This document shows positions 8,887 to 17,603 of a DNA stretch of 37,485 nucleotides, in pieces (within the stretch, counting starts at the first letter, position 1; every line of letters begins with the position of its first letter). The translations under genes and the position numbers were made by a program. The stretch is from Candidatus Bathyarchaeota archaeon (GTDB lineage Archaea; Thermoproteota; Bathyarchaeia; Bathyarchaeales; Bathycorpusculaceae), in the NCBI GenBank assembly GCA_963777155.1, contig CAVZPM010000014.1, positions 1-37,485 on the forward strand, given 5' to 3'. The notes below the pieces were generated by a model. It searched no databases. It saw nothing but the letters and a program-made list of their open reading frames with translations, and was not told the DNA's origin.

Positions 8887-10491
8887 TCATTGAAAGGGTT
8901 GGAGCTCTATAGGTTGAAGACTGCTCATGATTTTTTCCAAAACACCCAAAACTCTGCTAAACAATCTGCCAACAGCACCTAAACCTCCAACCATTCCACG
9001 TAAGTTCGCAATATCGCTGCGGCTAACAGATCTAACCAACAAGACGGAGGGGACTAAAACGATCGTAAAGATCGCTGTGCCTAAGATGAGTTCAATTAAG
9101 CTAGAAAAACTAAAGATTGAATTTACCCCAAAGGTTACAGATGCAGCAATTGCTGAGGCTACTAAAATCTTTGCAGAAGACAGCCAATCAACTGAGACGC
9201 CATACGTTTTTCTGACAAATAGCAGCCCCCAAATTAAGCTCGGCAAGCCAGCGATCAAGGAAGTTATGATTAAACCCAGGACACCAAAATAAATAATCCC
9301 AACATAGCCAACTGGGAAACCCACGACAATAGTCAAAATTGCCATTTTCAAGATGAAACTTGTGTTTCCTTGACCGCTAAGAAGACCGCCAATGCTCAAC
9401 GAGCCGAAAGTAGTAAACAGATACTGAGCTGCGAGTAACGCTAAAAAAAGTGGGGCTGCACTATAAGTGCCCCCAAACAAGGTAGAAACTGCAGGTACGG
9501 CTAAACACATAACTAAAGCTGTCATAGGTACAACAAATAACGAAGCGTATTTGACGGAGAACTGAAAAACGCTGCGCAAAGCATCTTTGTCTTTTATGGG
9601 ATGTAACTTAGAGAAAGCTGGGAAGACCATAGTAGTGATTGGCAGGGCAAAGAAGGATATGAGCACGACAAAGTTATTTGCGATGCTATAGTTTCCGATC
9701 ATTGTGTTGTCCGTTGAGTAGTGAATGGGCAACAAGAAGGAGTAGAAATGCGGCAAAAGACTCGATAGGATAGCGGCAAACGATAGTGGCAAAGCATAAG
9801 TCAACATAGTGGTGAAATATGCCTTGATCTGCAGGGAGTATCCACTATACTTAGGCAAACCTGCATAAAGTTTCAAGGCTAGAGCGATCCCGATTAATCC
9901 GCCGATAAAAGTGCTAATTATGAAGCCAGTGGTTGCACCGGAAGCACCTAAGCCAAAGAGCACAAGAACAACTATTAAAGCGGTTTTAAAGATGCTGTGG
10001 AAAACGAGCATTATGCTGTTTAGTTCCATCTTTTCAAAACCCGTAAATGCGGCGGTAGCTGCTGTGATTATCGCGCCTGCGAGAATTGAGAATGAGGCGA
10101 TCTCGATGAGAGGTGCAATGCTAGGTCGGTTATAAAGGCTGGTTGCCAAGAAATCAGCAAACGCAAAAGATAGCAAAGAGAGCGCCAGACCCAATACAAC
10201 TTCAAAAAGTACTCCGGTGACAAATATGCTTCTGATTTCTGCAATCCTCTCTTCGGCACGGTATTGAGCAGTGAATTTTATCATAGCGGAGTTTATTCCC
10301 CAGTCCCTAAATGTAACGATGAGCGATGGTGCAGCCAAAACGATGGTGTATAATCCATATTGGTCGGAGCCTAGCAGTCTAGCAATGAATATGGTGCCAA
10401 CTGCCGAGATCACAGTAGAGAGCACTAAGCCCCATAGATAGTGAAAACTACCTCTCGTCGATGTCTTGGCTATATCTGAAGCTTTATTCAC
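8887..10491 (-). CDS. Oligosaccharide flippase (Wzx/MOP superfamily)
   Basis: IFIARLLGSDQYGLYTIV; IGNYSIANNF; VFPAFSKL; about 14 TM segments. Confidence 0.9.
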   Translation of the reverse strand: MNKASDIAKTSTRGSFHYLWGLVLSTVISAVGTIFIARLLGSDQYGLYTIVLAAPSLIVTFRDWGINSAMIKFTAQYRAEERIAEIRSIFVTGVLFEVVLGLALSLLSFAFADFLATSLYNRPSIAPLIEIASFSILAGAIITAATAAFTGFEKMELNSIMLVFHSIFKTALIVVLVLFGLGASGATTGFIISTFIGGLIGIALALKLYAGLPKYSGYSLQIKAYFTTMLTYALPLSFAAILSSLLPHFYSFLLPIHYSTDNTMIGNYSIANNFVVLISFFALPITTMVFPAFSKLHPIKDKDALRSVFQFSVKYASLFVVPMTALVMCLAVPAVSTLFGGTYSAAPLFLALLAAQYLFTTFGSLSIGGLLSGQGNTSFILKMAILTIVVGFPVGYVGIIYFGVLGLIITSLIAGLPSLIWGLLFVRKTYGVSVDWLSSAKILVASAIAASVTFGVNSIFSFSSLIELILGTAIFTIVLVPSVLLVRSVSRSDIANLRGMVGGLGAVGRLFSRVLGVLEKIMSSLQPIELQPFQ

Positions 10492-10653
10492 CCAGTTGCC
10501 CCAACAATAATTTGTAACATGTTGATAGACGAAACATTTATCGATTCTTATAAAATAATTGGAAAACTCTGATTCATCAAAGCGAGATTGTTATCATGAC
10601 AAATCTTAAATCTGCCTTCCTTATGCATAGGAAAGTGAGAAGGAAGAGATAAT

Positions 10654-11604
10654 ATGGTAGATCTAATCTTAGTCTTAGCTATAGTTGTTCCTTTAATTGT
10701 AATTTTGTACGCATTAATTTCGTCCCTGCGAATTGTTAGACCCACGGAAAAAGGATTAGTCGAACGCTTCGGCAAATACCAACGCTTCGTTGAAGGCGGC
10801 ATTACAATTCTGGTGCCTTTCGTAGACCGCATCATAAAAGTAAACGTTACCGAACGCATGACACCGGTGCAACGCCAAGACGTAATTACAAAAGACAAAG
10901 TCTTCATGGGCGTAGATGCAGTGGTCTTCTACAGAATCAAACAGGAAGAGCAGTCAGTTAAAGCATCGCAGTATGCCGTGGCAAGTTTCGCTGCCCAAAT
11001 CGATACCCTTGCTCGAACGGTGTTAAGAGACATCATAGGCGGTATGGACATGGCAATAGCAAACACTTCAAGACCTATTATCAACGCCAGTCTCAAAAAC
11101 GCCTTGGACGAGCAAACCGAAAAATGGGGCATAGAAATCGTTCGTGCAGAAATCAAAGACCTTGAGCCACCAAGAGAGCTCATCGTATCTATGGAGTCAG
11201 TGCTTAAAGCTGACAATGAACGTCAAGCCGCAGAGAAAACCGCCATAGCCCAAGCTACATTAGCTAGCGGACAGAAAAACGCTGCAATTCAAGTTGCAGA
11301 AGGCCAGAAGCAAGCAGCAATTCTTTCATCTGAAGGTCAGAAAATTGCAACAATTCAAATTGCTGAAGGAGACGCCCAAGCAACCAAGTTGAGAAACGAG
11401 GCTTTAACCACCTACTTCAAAGACAGCGCCATCACGTTTAAGCAGTTGGACACGATTTCCGCTTCATTGATGAACAACACAAAGATAATTGTGCCCGAAG
11501 GCAAAGCAATTTCGCTGATTCTCAATGAACAAGAGAACCTTGCAAAAGCAACTATAATTCCAATTCCGCCACCGCCAACCCAGAAAAGCGGAAGACAAAT
11601 GTAA
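10654..11604 (+). CDS. SPFH/band-7 (stomatin/QmcA-like) membrane protein
   Basis: N-terminal TM, GLVERFGKY, QDVITKD...VDAVVFYRI, WGIEIVRAEIKD, AEGQKQAAIL repeats. Confidence 0.93.
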   Translation: MVDLILVLAIVVPLIVILYALISSLRIVRPTEKGLVERFGKYQRFVEGGITILVPFVDRIIKVNVTERMTPVQRQDVITKDKVFMGVDAVVFYRIKQEEQSVKASQYAVASFAAQIDTLARTVLRDIIGGMDMAIANTSRPIINASLKNALDEQTEKWGIEIVRAEIKDLEPPRELIVSMESVLKADNERQAAEKTAIAQATLASGQKNAAIQVAEGQKQAAILSSEGQKIATIQIAEGDAQATKLRNEALTTYFKDSAITFKQLDTISASLMNNTKIIVPEGKAISLILNEQENLAKATIIPIPPPPTQKSGRQM

Positions 11605-11609
11605 AAACG

Positions 11610-12050
11610 CTAAATAGGCTTTTTTGAAGCCTTATACTCTTTTTGTTTTTTGAGGTAATCTTTTATCATTAGGTCATGCTCGAAAGCCAAGGGTGCAGGC
11701 AGATTTGTTAAGTTAAATTGTTTGATTTCTTGTATTTCGCTATCTTGTTTTTTGATTTCTCCGCCGATGGGTTTGACTACGAAGCAGGTTGGGTAATATT
11801 CGTATTCGACGTCGTCTTTGATTCCTTTTTCAAGGTATTCGCCTATTTTGCTTACAATGAACACGTCAAGTCCAGTTTCCTCCTTAACCTCGCGAACTAT
11901 TGTTTGCTCGATAGTTTCGTCAGGGTCCATTCTCCCCCCAGGCAATGCCCAGTAACCCTTGAAGGGAATAGTGTTGCGTTTTATCAGCAAAATCTTGTCG
12001 TCTGGAAACGTTATTATAGCTGTTGAGGTTTTACCCGTATACTTTTTCAT
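11610..12050 (-). CDS. NUDIX hydrolase
   Basis: Nudix box GGRMDPDETIEQTIVREVKEETGL; LAFEH tail; ATG 12050 avoids overlap with the upstream permease. Confidence 0.9.
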   Translation of the reverse strand: MKKYTGKTSTAIITFPDDKILLIKRNTIPFKGYWALPGGRMDPDETIEQTIVREVKEETGLDVFIVSKIGEYLEKGIKDDVEYEYYPTCFVVKPIGGEIKKQDSEIQEIKQFNLTNLPAPLAFEHDLMIKDYLKKQKEYKASKKPI

Positions 12051-12061
12051 TGCAGTCAATC

Positions 12062-12859
12062 CTATGTTGTTATTTTCAATCTCCAATTGATTACTACGGT
12101 TGTAGCAAAAATAATTATGCCAACAAAAACCACCATTGGTCCTGGAAATGGTAAGTTTAGATTGAAAACACTCCACAACAGCACACCTGTGAATCCAGTG
12201 ACAGCACCGAAAATTGCGCTGAGTAAGGCGTATTTTTTCATGTGCGCGCTCAAGTTTTTGGCAGCTATGGCGGGTACGATTACAAGAAAACCAACGAGCA
12301 ATGTTCCAACTATTTGAATGCCGATGGCGACAACAACAGAAACCAAGAAAAGATAAAGCAAATTAGTTTTTGCTACACTGATGCCTTTTGAGATGGCGAG
12401 GTCCTCGGAAATCATTGCTAGGACGAGTTTGTTGTAAATTACTTTGGTTAGTACTATTGCTGCAACGCAAACTACAGACGCGGTCGCGGTGCCAATTAAC
12501 GTGACTTGGGAAATGTCGCCGAAAAGTGCTTCTTCAAGTGCTTCTAATTCGCTTCCATAAAGTAATATTCCGATTGCTAGTGCCAAGGTGAACATTGCGC
12601 CCACGAGGGCTTCGAAGGAGATTTTTGTTACTCTTTGAATTTGCCAAATTATAGCAGCTGAAGCAAACAGGAACACGAAGGCACCTATATACGGGTTAAA
12701 ATGTAATGTTATTCCAATAGCTAATCCTGGTAGTGCCACATGTGACAGAGCATCCCCGACGAGCGCCATTTTCTCCAAAACCATCAAAGACCCTAAATAG
12801 CCAGCTGCGATGCCTACAAATATCGATAGTATTAGACTGTAAATTGTTGTATCAAGCAT
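12062..12859 (-). CDS. znuB: Zn/Mn ABC transporter permease (ZnuB/MntB family)
   Basis: MALVGDALSHVALPG; LFGDI; VGTLLVGFLVIVPAIAA. Confidence 0.88.
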   Translation of the reverse strand: MLDTTIYSLILSIFVGIAAGYLGSLMVLEKMALVGDALSHVALPGLAIGITLHFNPYIGAFVFLFASAAIIWQIQRVTKISFEALVGAMFTLALAIGILLYGSELEALEEALFGDISQVTLIGTATASVVCVAAIVLTKVIYNKLVLAMISEDLAISKGISVAKTNLLYLFLVSVVVAIGIQIVGTLLVGFLVIVPAIAAKNLSAHMKKYALLSAIFGAVTGFTGVLLWSVFNLNLPFPGPMVVFVGIIIFATTVVINWRLKITT

Positions 12860-12864
12860 TTTAG

Positions 12865-13569
12865 TTAAGCTTCTCCTCGCTCAGTTTCAACGCAGACTGT
12901 TTCACCGTAAATTTGTCGCTGGATTTCTGGTTTGGCTATTTCTTCTGCTGGTCCACAGAAGGTAAGGCATTTATTTAAGGCAAGCAAAGCGTCACCGTAT
13001 TCTTGGACTATGTGGATGTTGTGTGTTATTAGGAAAATCGTTATTTTCTGGTTTTTCTTAATTTCGTTAAGCATCAAGTAAATCGGTTCTTCGCTGTCCA
13101 TGTCAACGCCCGTTGTTGGCTCATCCAAAAGCAGCACGTTTGGGTTGTCGTTGAGTGCCCACGCAATTAAAACCCGCCGCAACTGTCCACCAGACAAGAC
13201 ACCTAACCGCTTATCTAAGATACTGTTATCGTTCAATCTTACCTTTCGAAGCGAGTTTTCCACGTCAACTCCATTTCCAATTGACAGAAACTCTCTAACA
13301 GACATAGGAATATCAGAAACCGCCACGTATTGGGGGACATAACCAATTTTTACTTTCTCAGTCCAATCAATTGTACCCGTGTGCGGAACAAGGTTTAGAA
13401 GTGTTTTGAGAAGGATTGTTTTTCCTGCGCCGTTTGGCCCCAGAATAGCCAGAGTGGTTCCCTTCTTAACGTTGAAGCTGATGTGGTCTAGCAAGATTTG
13501 GTTCTGTAGTTTTACGCCAAGATTCGAAACTTTCAATATGTAATCATTGTCTTGTGCCACATCAATCAT
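12865..13569 (-). CDS. znuC: Zn/Mn ABC transporter ATPase (ZnuC family)
   Basis: GPNGAGKT; IGYVPQ; LSGGQLRRV; LLLDEPTTGVD. Confidence 0.88.
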   Translation of the reverse strand: MIDVAQDNDYILKVSNLGVKLQNQILLDHISFNVKKGTTLAILGPNGAGKTILLKTLLNLVPHTGTIDWTEKVKIGYVPQYVAVSDIPMSVREFLSIGNGVDVENSLRKVRLNDNSILDKRLGVLSGGQLRRVLIAWALNDNPNVLLLDEPTTGVDMDSEEPIYLMLNEIKKNQKITIFLITHNIHIVQEYGDALLALNKCLTFCGPAEEIAKPEIQRQIYGETVCVETERGEA

Positions 13570-13654
13570 CCTTTCATGTTGTAATAAACGGCGTTTTTAA
13601 CGCAGGTAGTATCTGTGTGAGGTGTGCAATAAGTTTTTTTGAACATCCAAACGC

Positions 13655-15271
13655 TTACGCTAATAATCGGTTGCTTAAAACCTGTTGTTCCTTATCTGAA
13701 AGCCATCCCTGATGATTCAGGTAGACTAAGCCCTTCTGGATGCTTTCCGAATAAGTACTGTTCTTTAGAAAGTTGTTCTTTTGACCTAAATCGTAAAGTT
13801 GATTTTCAAACAAGCTATTTTGTTTGGTTAACCCCTGAACACTGCCGACCAAATCCGATATAGCTTTGAAACGTGGCGTAAACAGGTCCTTGAGTTTTGA
13901 CCTACCCAAGGCACCCTTGAATCTTGTTGAGAAATCAATATCGGTAATAGTTGATGGCGGAACAATAAGGTAGCGTCTTGATAACCCCATTTCATAACAT
14001 ACCACATAGAACGGAACATAAAACAAAGCTGGAGACTTCAAATCTTGACCTCGCAGACCTAAACCCTCAAAACTTGCCTTAATTGCCTCACTTAGATTGA
14101 TGCTTTTATTCAGGCTTTCGATTAATGGTTTTTCTAGCTTGAACATTTTCTCGGTTTCCAACTTAAAAGCCAATGTTTTGGCGTCACGGACGGCTTCAAG
14201 TTCGCCTATAGGCTGACGAGCCAACTTGATTTTGGCATCCAGTTCAAAATTTATCTCTGAAATTTCCTGAGTTTTTTGTTTACTTATCTTTCTTAGATTT
14301 TCTTCTGTATTTTTAAGGTCTTTTTTAAGGCTTTTTAGTTCTTTTTCTATTTGCTTAATTTTCTGTTTCCATCTTTTCTCGTAGATTGAGTGTTTTTTTG
14401 AAGCTTGTGCTCTTGCTTTGTACTGGCAGAGTTTGATTTCCTCTTCGTTGCCTTCGATGGATTTTTGGGTTTTTATTCTGAGTTTCTTAAGGCTCTCAAG
14501 TTCTTTGTCGAAACTTTCCGCCAATTCTTTGATTTTGTGGTTGTAATCCCTGTTTAGTTTGGTGATTTGGGGATTTACGAGTTCTTCTTGAGCTTTGATT
14601 TTGGCGTCTGTTTCCTCTTTTGCCGCTTCTGTTTCATAGTTAATTTCGGTTATGTATTGGCTTGTTGCTTTGTTTATGAGCCTTATGCATTCTGGTAGCA
14701 TCTCTGCTTCCTCTCTTAGTCGAGTCGTTACTTCGTCAAATTCTGATAGCATGGAGACGATTGTTGTTTCTTCAAGAGTTGGCAGAAGTAAAGTCACATT
14801 TGTCTGAGTGTTTCCTTCTGTAATTTCCTTGCGGTAGACGTTAAGCTCATTCTTTAAATCTGAACTAGTAATTAAACCCCTAAACACGAAATTCTTCTCT
14901 TTTACCGACTGTTGGAAGTAGTCGCTTTGGCTAGACAAAAATGTTAAGTACTTTTCTCTTGGACGCGAATTAGTTTCGAAGCCTTCCCTAAACACTTTTG
15001 TCGGTGGAATCTCGGCATAGGATACTGTGAAACTAGAATCAGCAAATCCGTCAAAAACGAAGATCCCGTCGTTTTTTGGAAATAGCCACAGGGGGTAGCC
15101 AGATTTGGATATGAAAACTAGTTTTTCTTCCTGTTGCCTCGTTATCAAACCCCCGCCCTTGTTTCTCTCTAGCTCTGCAACGGCGAAAACGGCTGCTGCC
15201 TCAGCCTCAGGCGAGTTGCTTTTCTGATTTGAAAAAGACAGAATAAATCGTTTAGAGGTAGAGACAAACAT
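13655..15271 (-). CDS. Hypothetical protein with long central coiled coil
   Basis: K/E/Q-rich heptads over about 200 aa between globular ends; no Walker motifs. Confidence 0.8.
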   Translation of the reverse strand: MFVSTSKRFILSFSNQKSNSPEAEAAAVFAVAELERNKGGGLITRQQEEKLVFISKSGYPLWLFPKNDGIFVFDGFADSSFTVSYAEIPPTKVFREGFETNSRPREKYLTFLSSQSDYFQQSVKEKNFVFRGLITSSDLKNELNVYRKEITEGNTQTNVTLLLPTLEETTIVSMLSEFDEVTTRLREEAEMLPECIRLINKATSQYITEINYETEAAKEETDAKIKAQEELVNPQITKLNRDYNHKIKELAESFDKELESLKKLRIKTQKSIEGNEEEIKLCQYKARAQASKKHSIYEKRWKQKIKQIEKELKSLKKDLKNTEENLRKISKQKTQEISEINFELDAKIKLARQPIGELEAVRDAKTLAFKLETEKMFKLEKPLIESLNKSINLSEAIKASFEGLGLRGQDLKSPALFYVPFYVVCYEMGLSRRYLIVPPSTITDIDFSTRFKGALGRSKLKDLFTPRFKAISDLVGSVQGLTKQNSLFENQLYDLGQKNNFLKNSTYSESIQKGLVYLNHQGWLSDKEQQVLSNRLLA

Positions 15272-15317
15272 TGATGTCAGTCAAGGTATACATGAACTGC
15301 TTTTTTAAAACTTGCCA

Positions 15318-16667
15318 CTAGACTGGGCTCTTAAAGTAGTCGGTCATTCGTTTTTGGAAAAGCGCTCTCTTTAACAACTCACTCTGCAGAATCCACCTCT
15401 GCATCGGAATTTCAAACCTTCCGCTTATGAACTGTAGGGATTCAGCCAGATTCTTGAATTGGTATGGTTTCTGGCGCATAGCATTTCGCACGTTTTCTCG
15501 TACTTGCCAGACGCCGATGGGCATAATGTAGCCTGGCCGGGCTTCTCTTAGAACGATGGCGGTGGCTTGGCGTCTTTCTTTGGTGAGTTGTTCGCAGACA
15601 GCTAAGCGTGCACTATAGTAGCAGCCACCGATTTGAGCATAGGTTGAGCGTCCACCGTTGCCTTCCCAATCCGAGAAGATTGCGACACTGGTTCCAGCAG
15701 GGTTCCAAACTGTACCTGGGTACCAGGCTTCCATGGACTCGTAGCTCCACTTTGCCGGAATCATTAAAATCTCAAATACATTGTCCATGTAGATGGATTC
15801 ATAAACTCGGTACTCGTTGATTTCTGGGAAAGTTTTGACTTTTTCTCGCAGGTTCTTGGAGATAATGTCGTCGACAGCTGTTATGCTCCAGCGTGTTGGA
15901 ACCAGGCGTCTTTTCTTTTCCACTCCAAAAGCTCCAACGCTGAAAGCTTTCTGGATCTTGCTGACAATGACTCCTCGGCTGTAGAGCTCCACCACTGCCT
16001 GTGTCGCCCTCAAATCCGTGTCATAGTAAGCTTTCTCAATTTTGTCGTCGTAGCGTGCGTTGCCAACGTGGAGGTCACGGATAGGCGCGGAAGGACCAAA
16101 CGGCTGCACATCATCATCAAGGTAGATGGAGCCTCGTGGCTTCTTCGTAAGGTTAAGTTCAATGTCTACACAACTATCTGCAAGAGCTAACTCCCGTGTC
16201 TGATCTAAAATTTTACCCCCATCCACAAACTTAGTCACATTAACCCGATGTTTCCCACGCACAAGCAAACTGCGAAAACCCACAATCTCATCCATCGACT
16301 TACCAAACCACCGCTCAGGTAAATCATAAATCCCAGTATCCTCATGGACCGGCGGCACAAGAGGTCCAGCATAAACGTTTGGATAACCAATTCTTCCAAT
16401 AAAAACGCTTGGCGGTGACATGCCATCGATGTCTTCAGTGGCCATTAATGGTACGCTTTTTAGGAAATAGTTGACTTTTACCATTATTGGGCATCGGGTT
16501 TTGCCGCACAATGCTCGGGCTCCTTTGCATAGGATGCAGAGGCTGTCATTTCTGGCACGTGTTGTGATTTGTCGCTCTTCGACTGCGTTCTTATTTACTT
16601 TTTCTATTATGTCCAGTAGCCAGTTATTGGGTTTTGATATAGTTGGGGGGTTCTGCGTAAGCGTCAT
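15318..16667 (-). CDS. nreA: Archaeal DNA repair protein NreA
   Basis: CILCKG..LCGKTRCP zinc finger; SPPSVFIGRIGYPNVYAGP; RRLVPTRWSITAVD; GGCYYSARL; C-terminal PIP box QKRMTDYF. Confidence 0.93.
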   Translation of the reverse strand: MTLTQNPPTISKPNNWLLDIIEKVNKNAVEERQITTRARNDSLCILCKGARALCGKTRCPIMVKVNYFLKSVPLMATEDIDGMSPPSVFIGRIGYPNVYAGPLVPPVHEDTGIYDLPERWFGKSMDEIVGFRSLLVRGKHRVNVTKFVDGGKILDQTRELALADSCVDIELNLTKKPRGSIYLDDDVQPFGPSAPIRDLHVGNARYDDKIEKAYYDTDLRATQAVVELYSRGVIVSKIQKAFSVGAFGVEKKRRLVPTRWSITAVDDIISKNLREKVKTFPEINEYRVYESIYMDNVFEILMIPAKWSYESMEAWYPGTVWNPAGTSVAIFSDWEGNGGRSTYAQIGGCYYSARLAVCEQLTKERRQATAIVLREARPGYIMPIGVWQVRENVRNAMRQKPYQFKNLAESLQFISGRFEIPMQRWILQSELLKRALFQKRMTDYFKSPV

Positions 16668-16996
16668 GTATGTTTGAATAACTAGTTGTGCTCTCATATG
16701 TTTTTTCTGCATGAAAATGTCTAAAATGCTCGTTTTTTGCTGTTTTTTCTGATGTTGCAGGGGAAAATATGATTGCTTTAGAAAAGTCGTCGATTAACAT
16801 TCTCAAGCAATAAGGTCTGTCGTTTGAGAAGTTTAGTTTTGTTCCCTTTGAACACTCAAAATATGTTGACACTGAAACTTGAGTTAGTGAATAATTTCTT
16901 GGCAGAGATCGTAAGTTTCTCAATTTGTGGATTTGACATGGAAAATAGATTGCTAACTGTTTGTCGACAATAGTGAGCGAATCTTGATTTTGTATC

Positions 16997-17224
16997 TTAG
17001 ACTACATATTGGATAGCGGTTTCTGGAGACTGTACTTGGATTTGCTGTGTTGCGATTGGTTGAGGACCGTGCTCAATCATCCACTCGGATAATCCTTTGC
17101 ATTGGTTGGGGTTGCAGGAAAATCTTTTCTGTTTTGCATTCCATGAATGACAGGAGGCACAGGGAATTTCTTCTTGGTGTTCCATTATAATCGTGAACTT
17201 GTTGGTTTCTGGATTATTTACCAT
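16997..17224 (-). CDS. Small Cys-rich protein
   Basis: PCASCHSW...CNPNQC in a 75-aa ATG ORF. Confidence 0.6.
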   Translation of the reverse strand: MVNNPETNKFTIIMEHQEEIPCASCHSWNAKQKRFSCNPNQCKGLSEWMIEHGPQPIATQQIQVQSPETAIQYVV

Positions 17225-17293
17225 TTATGAAAAGGAACTCTTGAGTACCTATTTGTATTCAAAATCCCCAAAAATACTTAATAATAGAAGAGT

Positions 17294-17371
17294 TGGCGCC
17301 CAGGCCGGGATTCGGACCCGGGTCCTACGGGCGACAGCCGTACATACTAGACCTAACTATACTACCTGGGC
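17294..17371 (-). tRNA. tRNA-Asp(GUC), CCA encoded
   Basis: Reverse complement: acceptor GCCCAGG/CCTGGGC-G-CCA; anticodon arm TACGG-CTGTCGC-CCGTA; T arm CCGGG-TCCGAAT-CCCGG. Confidence 0.95.
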
Positions 17372-17603
17372 AATTAAGCGCCGCAACACATACACGATAA
17401 TTCAGTTAATTAAGCTTTCTCGGGATTTTGATTGAACATTTAGTTATACAAAGTTAAATTGTTCAGGTTAAGGATAGTTTAGCGGCAATCTTAATACTGT
17501 TTGGCAACAAATTATCTGTAAAAAGTTTAGGGGGAAGATAGAAATCACTGCGAGAAGAGCTTACACGGGGGTTATAGAACAATATTGGCTTGCGTTAGTT
17601 CTT

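Noticed and set aside
16624-16940. ORF(s) between nreA and the Cys-rich gene
   Set aside because: The track ORF overlaps nreA; the alternative ATG frame is interrupted by TGA; no motif support
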